Program-made: the position numbers and the translations under genes
Notes under the pieces: generated by a model
What the model saw: only the letters and a program-made list of their open reading frames with translations
The model's database searches: none
Told to the model about the DNA's origin: nothing
NCBI GenBank assembly: GCA_963785725.1
Contig: CAWAWS010000015.1
Span: 320,001 to 384,000 of the forward strand
Source of the DNA: an uncultured delta proteobacterium
GTDB lineage: Bacteria; Myxococcota_A; Polyangia; Palsa-1104
DNA: 64,000 nt
Direction of reading: 5' to 3'
Part shown: in pieces, positions 1 to 8,693 of the stretch
How positions within the stretch are numbered: position 1 is the stretch's first letter
Layout: every line of letters starts with the position of its first letter

Positions 1-217
1 GGCCTTGGCGCTCACGACGGGCGCGTTGTCGCTGCTGCTCTTGCCGTGGCTTCCGGCGCTGTTGGCGGCGGGCGTCGCGGCCGTGGTCGTCTGCTTGGCC
101 GCGCGGCGCTTTCGGCGCGACTTGGGCGGCGTCACCGGCGACGCGCTCGGCGCCGTCGTCAAGCTGACGGAATTCGCCACCTACGTCGTCGCCGCGGCCT
201 GGGCAGCGCGGCCATGA
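1..217 (+). CDS. cobS: Adenosylcobinamide-GDP ribazoletransferase (cobalamin synthase), 3' fragment
   Basis: Hydrophobic C-terminus with the LGGVTGDALGAVV motif typical of CobS; stop overlaps the cobU start (ATGA); 5' end is outside the window. Confidence 0.85.
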   Translation, partial: ALALTTGALSLLLLPWLPALLAAGVAAVVVCLAARRFRRDLGGVTGDALGAVVKLTEFATYVVAAAWAARP

Positions 218-756
218 TCGAGCGTGTGTCGAGCAGCCGCTACATCGTCGTCACCGGTGGCGCGCGCTCGGGCAAGAGCCGTTTTGCCGAGGCGCGCGTC
301 GCCGAGTTGGCGCCGGCCGGACCGTGGCTCTACCTCGCGACCGCCGAAGCCGGCGACGACGAGATGCGCGACCGAATCGCGCGGCATCGGCAGCGCCGCG
401 GCCGATTGTGGCGCACCGTCGAAGCGTCGCGCGACGTGGCCGGCTCGCTCAGCGGCGACCTGGGCGGCGCCCAAGCCGTGCTCATCGACTGCGCGACCTT
501 GTGGCTGTCGAACCGGCTGTTCGACGGGCTCGGCGACGACGCCATCCTCGCCGAAGCCGACGCCATCGCCGCCGCCGCCCGCGCCGCGCCGGTGCCGGTC
601 CTCATCGTCACCAACGAAGTCGGCGCCGGCATCGTGCCCGACAACGCGCTGGCGCGCCGCTTTCGCGACCTCGCCGGCTTGGCCAATCAGCGGCTGGCCG
701 CCGTCGCCGACGAGGTGGTCTTGGTCGCCTGCGGATTGCCGTTGCGGCTTCGCTGA
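214..756 (+). CDS. cobU: Bifunctional adenosylcobinamide kinase/adenosylcobinamide-phosphate guanylyltransferase
   Basis: VTGGARSGKSRFAE P-loop, RIARHR, LIDCATLW, VTNEVGAG and FRDLAGLANQ motifs; ATG at 214. Confidence 0.95.
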   Translation: MIERVSSSRYIVVTGGARSGKSRFAEARVAELAPAGPWLYLATAEAGDDEMRDRIARHRQRRGRLWRTVEASRDVAGSLSGDLGGAQAVLIDCATLWLSNRLFDGLGDDAILAEADAIAAAARAAPVPVLIVTNEVGAGIVPDNALARRFRDLAGLANQRLAAVADEVVLVACGLPLRLR

Positions 757-830
757 ATCGGCGCTTGACGCTGTCGCATATAGAAGCGTAAGAACAGCCT
801 AAGTTATAGATAACCGACAACCGAATAGCG

Positions 831-983
831 CCTCGAAGGCAGGGAAGCCGGTCGCAAATCCGGCACGGTCCCGCCACTGTAGACGGTTCGCCGGCTCGAC
901 AATGCCACTCGTCAGCGACGGGGAAGGCCGAGCTTGCCAGAGCGAGAGCGCTCTTGGCCGTGAGTCAGGAAACCTCCTTCGAG
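831..983 (+). ncRNA. Cobalamin (B12) riboswitch
   Basis: AGGGAAGCCGGT..AAATCCGGCACGGTCCCGCCACTGT, GCCACT..GGGAAGG and a B12 box AGTCAGGAAACCT; closing stem CTCGAAGG(832-839)/CCTTCGAG(976-983); upstream of the cbi operon. Confidence 0.93.
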
Positions 984-1016
984 CGCGTCGCTTTCAGATT
1001 CTCCGGAGGAGAGAAG

Positions 1017-2228
1017 CTGAGCAATCCGTCGCCCATTGGTCTCGCCATCGTCGTCATCGGTCACGGCAGCCGCGAAGCGGCCGCCAACGTCGAGCTGCAG
1101 GCGCTCGTCGACGGCTGGGCCGCACGCCGCGCTCCCGGCGCCGACGTGACGCTCGGCTTCGTCGAGCTGGCGCAGCCGACGGTGGCCGACGCGCTCGCCG
1201 CCGCCGCGCGCACGCACACCGAAGTCGTGGCGTTGCCGCTGTTTCTGTTCACCGCCGGCCACGTCAAGAACGACCTGCCGTTGGCGCTCGCCGCCGCGCG
1301 CGCGCAATTTCCCGACGTCAAGCTGACGAGCACGCGGGCGCTCGGCGTGCAGCCGGCGCTGGCGGAGCTGTCGTGGGCGCGCGCGCTCGCCGTCGCGCCC
1401 GAGCTGGCCGACGCCGCGGCCGCCAAGAAGTCGGCGCTGCTCGTCGTCGGGCGCGGCTCGAGCGATCCCGACGCCAACGGCGACTTCGTCAAGCAGACGC
1501 GCCTCGTCGGCGAAGGGCGCGGGCTCGGCGTCGTCGAGCCCGCGTTCTTGGGCATCACGCAGCCGTCGGTCGACGAGGCGCTGGAGCGACTGGCGCGCGC
1601 GCGGCCCGAGCGCATCGTCGTCGCGCCCTATCTTTTGACAGCCGGGCGGCTCATCGAGAAGCTGCGCGGGCAGCTGGACGCGTTTCATGCGCGCTATCCG
1701 TGGATCGCGGTGGCGCTGGCGGCGCATCTCGGCGCCGACGCGCGCTTGGAGGCGCTGCTCGACCAGCGCGTCAACGAGGCGCGCTTCGGCGCCGAGCCGC
1801 TCGCGTGCGACGGCTGCCAATACCGCGCACCGCTGCCCGGCAAAGAGCGCAACGTCGGCGGCCTGCGCGCGCTCTTGTGGAGCCTGCGCCACACCTTCAC
1901 CCACGCCCAGGCGGCGCCGCACGTGCACGCGCACAAGCCGCTCCAGAAGCACGTGCTGGTTTGCGTCAACGCCGATTGCGCCGAGCGCGGCTCGGTCGGG
2001 CTCGTCGACGAATTGCGCCGCAAGCTGAAGGACGCGGGCCACAACCGCGAGATCAAGATTACGAAGACGTCGTGCATGGGCCGCTGCGGCGAAGGGCCGA
2101 CGGTGGTCGTCTATCCCGACGGAATCTGGTATCGCGGCGTCATCGCCGCCGATGCCGACGAGCTGGTGCAGGAGCATCTGCTGGGCGATCGGTTGCTCGC
2201 TCGGCTCGTCGACAACATCATGCAGTAA
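1017..2228 (+). CDS. cbiX: Sirohydrochlorin cobaltochelatase CbiX (two-domain) fused to a C-terminal thioredoxin-like (2Fe-2S) ferredoxin
   Basis: GHGSR, GHVKNDLP, VGRGSSDPDAN, CDGC, His-rich HTFTHAQAAPHVHAH, then CVNADC...CMGRC..GPTVVVYPDGIWY; start probably CTG 1017 after SD GGAGGAG (the ORF-track start at 954 lies inside the riboswitch). Confidence 0.9.
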   Translation: MSNPSPIGLAIVVIGHGSREAAANVELQALVDGWAARRAPGADVTLGFVELAQPTVADALAAAARTHTEVVALPLFLFTAGHVKNDLPLALAAARAQFPDVKLTSTRALGVQPALAELSWARALAVAPELADAAAAKKSALLVVGRGSSDPDANGDFVKQTRLVGEGRGLGVVEPAFLGITQPSVDEALERLARARPERIVVAPYLLTAGRLIEKLRGQLDAFHARYPWIAVALAAHLGADARLEALLDQRVNEARFGAEPLACDGCQYRAPLPGKERNVGGLRALLWSLRHTFTHAQAAPHVHAHKPLQKHVLVCVNADCAERGSVGLVDELRRKLKDAGHNREIKITKTSCMGRCGEGPTVVVYPDGIWYRGVIAADADELVQEHLLGDRLLARLVDNIMQ

Positions 2229-2245
2229 GCGAGGAGACACGAAAA

Positions 2246-2626
2246 ATGGCTTGTCACGAAGTAGCGGCGCTGCGGCTCGGGCTCATGAACGTCCTCGGCA
2301 TCGTCGACGAGGCGGAGAAGCAGCACGAGCTGGCGGAGCTGGGCGCGGCGGCGACGCAGCCGGGGCCGATTCGCTCGTTGGCCAACGCGCGCGACTTGGG
2401 CGAGCTGCGCCGGCTGTACGAGACGTCGCTGGCGGGCCTGGGCGAGACGGTCGCCAAGACCGCCGCCGACGATCCGAAGCTGCCGTACCTGCGCTCGCTG
2501 CTCATCTTGACGAAGAAGGTCGAGCTCGAGCTGGCCAATCAGACGGAGATGATGAGCCGCTTTTATCGCGATCTCGAGGAGCTCCACGACTACGTGCACG
2601 AGATCTACCCGGCTCCGGGAGATTAG
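2246..2626 (+). CDS. DUF3209-like protein (cobalamin-cluster associated, helical)
   Basis: N-terminus MACHEVAALRLGLMNVLG resembles DUF3209; SD GAGGAG upstream. Confidence 0.75.
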   Translation: MACHEVAALRLGLMNVLGIVDEAEKQHELAELGAAATQPGPIRSLANARDLGELRRLYETSLAGLGETVAKTAADDPKLPYLRSLLILTKKVELELANQTEMMSRFYRDLEELHDYVHEIYPAPGD

Positions 2627-2630
2627 CGCG

Positions 2631-3338
2631 GTGGCGCAGCAGAAGACGGCGCGGATCGCGCATGTGCTCGACCTGTCGGAGACGACGCGCCTCGTCGAGC
2701 TGGAGCCCGAGGAGTCGCTCGACTTCGTCGGCGGGCAGTACATCATCATCAACTCCGGCATCGAGCTGCCCGACGGCAAGCTGGCCAAGCGGGCCTACTC
2801 GTTCGTGTCGGCCGATGCGCGCCAGGAGCGCCTGGTGCTGGCGGTCAAGCGCGTCGGGCCGGCGTCGAAGTGGATGCACGAGCGCTCGGTCGGCGACGAG
2901 GTGCCGTTTTCGGGGCCGTGGGGCAAGTGGCTGGCCGACGACGCGCGGCCGCGGCGCACGCTGGTCTTGGCCACCGACACCGGCATCACGGCGGCGCTGG
3001 GGCTGATTCGCGGGCGCGCCTTTGCGCCGCAGCTGACGACGGTGGAGCTGATGTGGCTCGTCGAGAGCGAGCGCTATTTCCTGCCCGACGCCTTCGTCCA
3101 GGCGGCGCTGCCGCAGGGCGTGTCCTATCGGCAGGAGCTCGTGCCCGCCGTCGGTCACGCCGATCGCGTGAGCGCGGCCGTCAATTGGGCGCGCGCGCTG
3201 GTCGCCGAAGCGGGCGTCTTCGAGAGCGTCTTTCTCGTCGGTGACGGCGCGGCCATCTATCCCGTGCGCGACGCGCTCGGCGCGAGCGAGGCCAAGCTCG
3301 AGTCGTTCTTCAACAACCCGGCCAAGAAGTCGGCATGA
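2631..3338 (+). CDS. Ferredoxin-NADP reductase-like FAD-binding oxidoreductase
   Basis: GQYIII, RAYSFVS (RxYS), GPWG, LATDTGIT and near-terminal ESFF motifs. Confidence 0.8.
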   Translation: MAQQKTARIAHVLDLSETTRLVELEPEESLDFVGGQYIIINSGIELPDGKLAKRAYSFVSADARQERLVLAVKRVGPASKWMHERSVGDEVPFSGPWGKWLADDARPRRTLVLATDTGITAALGLIRGRAFAPQLTTVELMWLVESERYFLPDAFVQAALPQGVSYRQELVPAVGHADRVSAAVNWARALVAEAGVFESVFLVGDGAAIYPVRDALGASEAKLESFFNNPAKKSA

Positions 3339-3676
3339 TCGACGCGCTGCGGGCGGCACTGGCGGAGCCGGACGCGCGCGTCGTCGTGCGCACGCCGTCG
3401 GCGATCTGCGAGCTGCCAGGGCCGTTGCCGCTGCGCGCGGGCGACGAGTGGCTGACGGTCGGTCAGGAGGGCCAGCCGCACATCCATTTACGCGCCCTAG
3501 ACCTCCACGCGCTTGCCTTCGCCGCGCCCGATGACGGCAACGTCGCTCTCGAAGTCGTGGATGCGGCGGGTGCGCGCGTCGTGCGCGTGGCCTTCGCGCG
3601 CACCAACCCGGCCAAGGCCGAGTGCGATCACGCGCGCCGGGCGGTCGTCATCGCGCGGTACGGCGATGGAGCCTAA
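3335..3676 (+). CDS. Small protein, possible ChuX/HutX/HemS-like tetrapyrrole-binding fold
   Basis: VVVRTPSAICEL...WLTVG...HIHL...ALEVVDAAGARVVRVAF pattern recalls HutX/HemS domains; coupled by an ATGA overlap. Confidence 0.5.
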   Translation: MIDALRAALAEPDARVVVRTPSAICELPGPLPLRAGDEWLTVGQEGQPHIHLRALDLHALAFAAPDDGNVALEVVDAAGARVVRVAFARTNPAKAECDHARRAVVIARYGDGA

Positions 3677-3684
3677 GCCAGCCG

Positions 3685-4797
3685 ATGCAAAACCGGCCGC
3701 CGAAGGCGGAGCCGAAGGTGCGCGGCACCCGCACGGGGTTCACGACCGGCGCCTGCGCGGCGGCGGCGGCCAAGGCGGCGACGCGGCTGCTCGTGCGCGG
3801 CGAGCCGATGACGGCCATCGAGACGACGCTGCCCAATCGTGACCGCGTGACGTTCGCGCTCCATCGCTGCGAGCAGGCGGTCGTCGCCGGCGTGGCGCGC
3901 GCGACCTGCAGCATCATCAAAGACGCCGGCGACGATCCCGACTGCACCCACGGCGCCGAGCTCGTCGCCACCGTCGAGTTGCGCGTCGAGCCCGGCATCG
4001 AGCTGCGCGGCGGCGCCGGCGTGGCGACGGTGACCAAGCCCGGCCTCGGCCTCGACGTCGGCGGCCCGGCGATCAACCCGGTGCCGCGCCGCAACATCAG
4101 CGACATGGTGCAAGAAGAGCTGGTCGAGCGCGGCGGCGGCGCGGTCGTGACGGTGAGCGTGCCGGGCGGCGAAGAGATGGCGCTCAAAACGCTGAACGCG
4201 CGGCTCGGGCTCATCGGCGGCATCTCGATCTTGGGGACGACCGGCATCGTCAAGCCCTACTCGACGGCGGCTTACAAAGCCTCGGTGGTGCAGGCGATCG
4301 ACGTGGCGCACAAGCGCGGCATCACGGAGCTGGTGCTGACGACCGGCGGCAAGTCGGAGGCCTACGCCATGCAGCTGTACCCGCGCTTCGTCGAGGAGGC
4401 GTTCATCCAAGTGGGCGACTTCATCGGCACCGGCGTCAAACACTGCGCGCGCCGCGGAGTCGAGCGCGCCATCGTCGTCGGCATGATGGGCAAGCTGTCG
4501 AAGATGGCCAACGGCAAGATGCAGACGCACGCCGCCGGCTCGGAAGTAAACATGGGGTTACTTGCGGAGCTGGCGGCGGAGCTGGGCGCGCGCGACGAGG
4601 TCGTGGCCGAGATCCGCGCGGCCAACACGGCGCGACACGTGCTCGAGCTGTGTCAGCGCGAGGGTTTGACGGGCGTGACGACGCGGGTGTGCAAGCGCGT
4701 CGCCGAAAACTGCGCGGCGCACGCCGGCGGCCGCCTCGACGTGCACGCGCGCCTCGTCGACTTCAACGGAACGTTATTGGGGAGCTGGCCAGAATGA
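3685..4797 (+). CDS. cbiD: Cobalt-precorrin-5B C1-methyltransferase
   Basis: RTGFTTGACAAAAAKAA, KDAGDDPDCTHG, AINPVPR, TLNARLGLIGGISILGTTGIV; start uncertain (ATG 3685, or ATG 3666 with an indel). Confidence 0.95.
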   Translation: MQNRPPKAEPKVRGTRTGFTTGACAAAAAKAATRLLVRGEPMTAIETTLPNRDRVTFALHRCEQAVVAGVARATCSIIKDAGDDPDCTHGAELVATVELRVEPGIELRGGAGVATVTKPGLGLDVGGPAINPVPRRNISDMVQEELVERGGGAVVTVSVPGGEEMALKTLNARLGLIGGISILGTTGIVKPYSTAAYKASVVQAIDVAHKRGITELVLTTGGKSEAYAMQLYPRFVEEAFIQVGDFIGTGVKHCARRGVERAIVVGMMGKLSKMANGKMQTHAAGSEVNMGLLAELAAELGARDEVVAEIRAANTARHVLELCQREGLTGVTTRVCKRVAENCAAHAGGRLDVHARLVDFNGTLLGSWPE

Positions 4798-4895
4798 GCG
4801 AGCGTAGGCGAGCGAGAGTGAGCGTCCGGCCGGTAGGGCCAGCGGAAGCGGATCGATGGATTCGCTCATGGGGCACCAACCCGGTGCGCCCATGA
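4794..4895 (+). CDS. Putative bridging mini-ORF (33 aa, MSERRRAR...)
   Basis: ATG overlaps the cbiD stop (ATGA) and its TGA overlaps the cbiC ATG (ATGA). Confidence 0.45.
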   Translation: MSERRRARVSVRPVGPAEADRWIRSWGTNPVRP

Positions 4896-5554
4896 GCAAT
4901 CAGACGAACGACATGCGGCAGCTGACCGGGCTCGGGCGCAGCATCGAGGACTCGAGCTTCGGCATCATCGACGCCGAGGCGGGCGCGCACGACTTCGACG
5001 CGCGGCAGTGGCAGGTCGTCCGCCGCGTCATCCACGCCACCGCCGACTTCGAGTTCAAGACGCTGATGCAGCTGACGCCCGACGCCATCGAATCCGGCAT
5101 CCGCGCGCTCACGAGCGGCTGCCCCATCGTCTGCGACGTCAAAATGATCATCGCCGGCTTGAACGAGGAGCGCCTGGCCTCGTACGGCTGCCGGACCTAC
5201 TGCTTCATCAGCGACGAGGACGTCATCGCCGAGGCCAAGGCGCGCAATTCGACGCGCGCCATCGAGGCCATGAAGAAGGCGCACGCGCTCGGCCTCCTCG
5301 ACGGCGCCGTCGTCGCCGTCGGCAACGCGCCCACCGCGCTCATCGAGACGGCGCGGCTGGTCAAGGAGCTGGGCGCCAAGCCGGCGCTCATCATCGGCGT
5401 GCCGGTCGGGTTCGTCTCAGCGGCGGAGTCGAAGGAGATCGCGATCGGGACGCCGGCGCCGTCGATCGTCGCGCGCGGCCGCAAAGGCGGCTCGACGATC
5501 GCCGTCGCCATCATTCACGCGCTCCTGCTCTTGTCGACGGAAGCCAAAGCGTGA
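4892..5554 (+). CDS. cbiC: Precorrin-8X methylmutase
   Basis: IEDSSFGII, VVRRVIHATADF, GNAPTAL, IIGVPVGFVSAAESK, GRKGGSTIAVA. Confidence 0.95.
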   Translation: MSNQTNDMRQLTGLGRSIEDSSFGIIDAEAGAHDFDARQWQVVRRVIHATADFEFKTLMQLTPDAIESGIRALTSGCPIVCDVKMIIAGLNEERLASYGCRTYCFISDEDVIAEAKARNSTRAIEAMKKAHALGLLDGAVVAVGNAPTALIETARLVKELGAKPALIIGVPVGFVSAAESKEIAIGTPAPSIVARGRKGGSTIAVAIIHALLLLSTEAKA

Positions 5555-6777
5555 GACGGGCGCTGACGCTCATCGGCATCAACGACGACGGCTGCGCCGG
5601 CCTGACGGCGCGCGCGGTCAACGCCGTCGCGGCCGCGCAGGTGCTGGCCGGCGGTGAGCGTCAATTGGCGTTTTTCCCGCAGTTCGTCGGCCAGCGCATC
5701 GTCTTGCAAGCGGGCTTGACGGAGGCGATCGAGCGACTGTCGCAGCTCGCCGACGAGCACCAAGTGGTGGTCTTGGCCTCGGGCGATCCGCTCTTCTTCG
5801 GCATCGGCGCGCTCCTGGTGAAGAAGCTGGGCGCAGAGCACGTCGAGATCGTGCCGGCGCCGTCGAGCATGCAGCTGGCGTTCGCGCGCGCGGGCCTGAA
5901 GTGGGACGACGCCGCCTTTGTGTCGCTGCACGGCCGTTCGCGCGCGGGCTTGCTGACGAAATTGCGCCGCCTGTCGAAGGTGGCGCTGTTCACCGACGAA
6001 GAGAATTCGCCGCGCTGGGTGGCGTCGCAGCTGCTGGCGCACGAGCAGCTCGGCTGGCACGCCTGGGTGTGCGAGAACTTGGGCGGCACCGACGAGCGCG
6101 TGCGCCGTTTTACGATCGCGGAGCTGGCTGGCTGCGACGACATCGCGCCGCTCAACGTGCTCATCTTGCAGCGCAGCGATCCCGATTGGCGGCCGCCGCC
6201 GGCGATCTCGTTCCTGCATGAAGACGACTTCGCCAAGCGCATGCCGAAAAAAGGGCTGATTACGAAGCGTGAGGCGCGGCTGTTGTCGCTGGCGCTCATG
6301 CAGCTGCGCCCGTCGAGCGTCGTCTGGGACGTCGGCGCCGGCTCGGGCTCGGTGTCGATCGAAGCGGCGATGCTGGCGCGCGAAGGCAGCGTCTTCGCCG
6401 TCGAGATCGATCCCGAAGGCGTGGAGATTTGTCGCGAAAACGTGCGCGCGCATGGCGTCGACAACGTCCGCGTCGTCGCCGGCCGCGCGCCCGAGGCGTT
6501 GACCGAATTGCCCGATCCCGACGCCGTCTTCGTCGGCGGCAGCAAAGGCTCGATGGCCGAGATCATCGAGGTCGCGCTGGCGCGGCTCAAGCCGGGCGGG
6601 CGGCTCGTCGTCAACGCCATCACGATGGAGAACGTGGGCGAGACCTACAAGTGCCTGCGCGAGCGTGATCTGCAGCCGGAAGTCATCCTCTTGAACGTGT
6701 CGCGGGCCGAGCCGCTGGCGCGCTACATGCGTTACGAAGCGCAAAACCCGATTCACATTTTCGCGGTGAATAAGTGA
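5551..6777 (+). CDS. cbiET: Bifunctional precorrin-6Y C5,15-methyltransferase CbiE/CbiT (CobL-type)
   Basis: VVLASGDPLFFGIG, SLHGR, ITKREAR, WDVGAGSGSVSIE, PDAVFVGGS; GTG 5551 overlaps the cbiC stop. Confidence 0.95.
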   Translation: MRRALTLIGINDDGCAGLTARAVNAVAAAQVLAGGERQLAFFPQFVGQRIVLQAGLTEAIERLSQLADEHQVVVLASGDPLFFGIGALLVKKLGAEHVEIVPAPSSMQLAFARAGLKWDDAAFVSLHGRSRAGLLTKLRRLSKVALFTDEENSPRWVASQLLAHEQLGWHAWVCENLGGTDERVRRFTIAELAGCDDIAPLNVLILQRSDPDWRPPPAISFLHEDDFAKRMPKKGLITKREARLLSLALMQLRPSSVVWDVGAGSGSVSIEAAMLAREGSVFAVEIDPEGVEICRENVRAHGVDNVRVVAGRAPEALTELPDPDAVFVGGSKGSMAEIIEVALARLKPGGRLVVNAITMENVGETYKCLRERDLQPEVILLNVSRAEPLARYMRYEAQNPIHIFAVNK

Positions 6778-7550
6778 AAACTGGCAAGCTATATGGCGTC
6801 GGCGTCGGTCCGGGCGCGCCCGATTTGGTGACGCTGCGCGCGCTCCACGTCATGCGCACCGTCGACGTCTTGGCGCTGCCGCGCTCGAACGACTGGGGCG
6901 AGTCGATGGCCTGGAAGATCGTCGCGCCGCATCTCGAGCATGAGGAAAAGGCGGAGAAACTATTCCTCACCTTTCCCATGAATAAAGATCCCGAGCGGCT
7001 GAGGCCGGCGATCGCCAAGGCGTTGGACGCGATCGGGCCGCGGTTGGCGGCGGGGAAGTCGGTCGCGTTCGTGACCGAAGGCGATCCCTCGCTCTATTCG
7101 ACGTTCATCTACGTCGCGGCCGAGGCGCGGCGTCGCTTCGACGGGCTGGAGGTCGAGGTCGTGCCGGCGGTGTCGTCGCCGATGGCGGTGGCGGCCGTGA
7201 CCGGCGTGCCGCTCGCCGACGGCCAAGAGCGCATCGCCATCATCCCCGGCAACTACGGCGTCGGCGATCTCGACGGCATCTTGCGCGCGTTCGACACCAT
7301 CGTGCTCATGAAGATCGGGCCCGAAATGCCGCAGATTCTCGCCGCGCTCGAGCGCTGCGGGCTCGTCGATCGCGCCGTCTACGTCGCCAAGGCCACGATG
7401 GCCGAGCAGCGCATCGTGCGCGACTTGGCGAGCGTGTCGGCCGAGCGCGGCGACTGCTTCGCCATGGTCATCGTGTCGAAGAAGGAGCGCGCCGGCGTGC
7501 TCGTCGGCGAGTCGCCGCCCGTCGTCATCGCCAACGAGGCCCAGTCGTGA
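6774..7550 (+). CDS. cbiL: Precorrin-2 C20-methyltransferase
   Basis: LYGVGVGPGAPDLVTLRA, FPM, EGDPSLYSTF, VLMKIG. Confidence 0.92.
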   Translation: MKTGKLYGVGVGPGAPDLVTLRALHVMRTVDVLALPRSNDWGESMAWKIVAPHLEHEEKAEKLFLTFPMNKDPERLRPAIAKALDAIGPRLAAGKSVAFVTEGDPSLYSTFIYVAAEARRRFDGLEVEVVPAVSSPMAVAAVTGVPLADGQERIAIIPGNYGVGDLDGILRAFDTIVLMKIGPEMPQILAALERCGLVDRAVYVAKATMAEQRIVRDLASVSAERGDCFAMVIVSKKERAGVLVGESPPVVIANEAQS

Positions 7551-8693
7551 GCGCGCGCAAACCGTGGGCGCTGTACGCGATCACGACGCACGGCATCGCC
7601 ATCGCCACCAAGCTCTTGCAGGCGCTGCCCGACGCCGATCTGTACGTGAGCGAGAAGTTGTTCGCCAAGGCGCCGCCGGGCGCGAAGCCGATGCCGTTGC
7701 CGATGGGGCCGACGCTGGCGGCGACGTTCACCGAATACGACTGCCACGTGCATGTCATCTCGGTCGGCGCCGTCGTGCGCATGGTCGCGCCGCTCCTGCA
7801 GAACAAGAAGGTCGACCCGGCCATCGTCTGCGTCGACGACGCCGCGCGCTTCGCCATCTGCGTCTTGTCCGGCCACGTCGGGCGCGGCAACGCCTTTTGC
7901 GATCGCGTCGCCGCCATCCTCGACGCCACGTCGGTCGTCACCACCGCCTCCGACGTGCGCGGCACGCTCACCGTCGACATCTTGGGCCGCGAGCTCGGCT
8001 GGACGCTCGAGGATCTCGACCGCAACGTCACGCGTGGCTGCGCCGCCGTCGTCAACGCCGCGCCGGTGCTGTTCGTGCAGGAGACGGGCGAGCCGGCGTT
8101 TTGGCCGCTCGATCGCGCGCTGCCCGAAGGCGTCACCTACGCGACCTCGCTCGACGGCGTCGATCCGGCGAAATACGAGATCCTGCTCATCGCCACCGAT
8201 CGCGAGATCCGCGAGACGGCACGCGCGCAGTGGGAGAACGCGGTCGTCTATCGGCCGCAGTCGCTGGTGCTCGGCATCGGCTGCGACAAGCTGACGCCGC
8301 CCGAGCTCGTCGAGCGCGGCGTGCGCCAGCTGTTGACGCGGCATGCGCTGGCGCTGCAATCGGTGCGCGCGATCGCCACCATCGACGTCAAGAAAGATGA
8401 ACCGGCGCTGCAAATGTTAACGCAAAAGTTGAATATTCCGCTGGTGACCTATACGGCGGCGGAGCTGGACGCGGTGGCCATGCCGACGCCGTCGGAGCTG
8501 GTCATGAAGCACGTGGGCACGCGCGGCGTGGCCGAGCCGGCGGCGCAGCTGGCGGCCGGCGCCATCGTGCCGTCGGCGCTGGGCGCGGCGGAGCTGATCG
8601 TTCCCGAAGCAGATTTACACGGAGGAGGGCGCGGGCCGCTCGATGACGTTCGCCGTCGCGCGCGTGCCGTTCGCCAAACGGGTGATCGCGTGA
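7547..8693 (+). CDS. cbiG: Cobalt-precorrin-5A hydrolase CbiG (one apparent frameshift near 8604)
   Basis: GAVVRMVAPLL..KKVDPAIVCVD, LSGHVGRGN, VVTTASD, LVLGIGC, GVAEPAA; shifted frame continues KQIY..SMTFAVA to TGA 8693. Confidence 0.9.

Noticed and set aside
765..794. Sigma-70 promoter TTGACG-N18-TAAGAA upstream of the riboswitch
   Set aside because: Plausible position but a weak -10 and non-optimal spacing; not enough support to list
954..1016. TTG 954 as the cbiX start
   Set aside because: It lies inside the riboswitch aptamer and upstream of the clear SD
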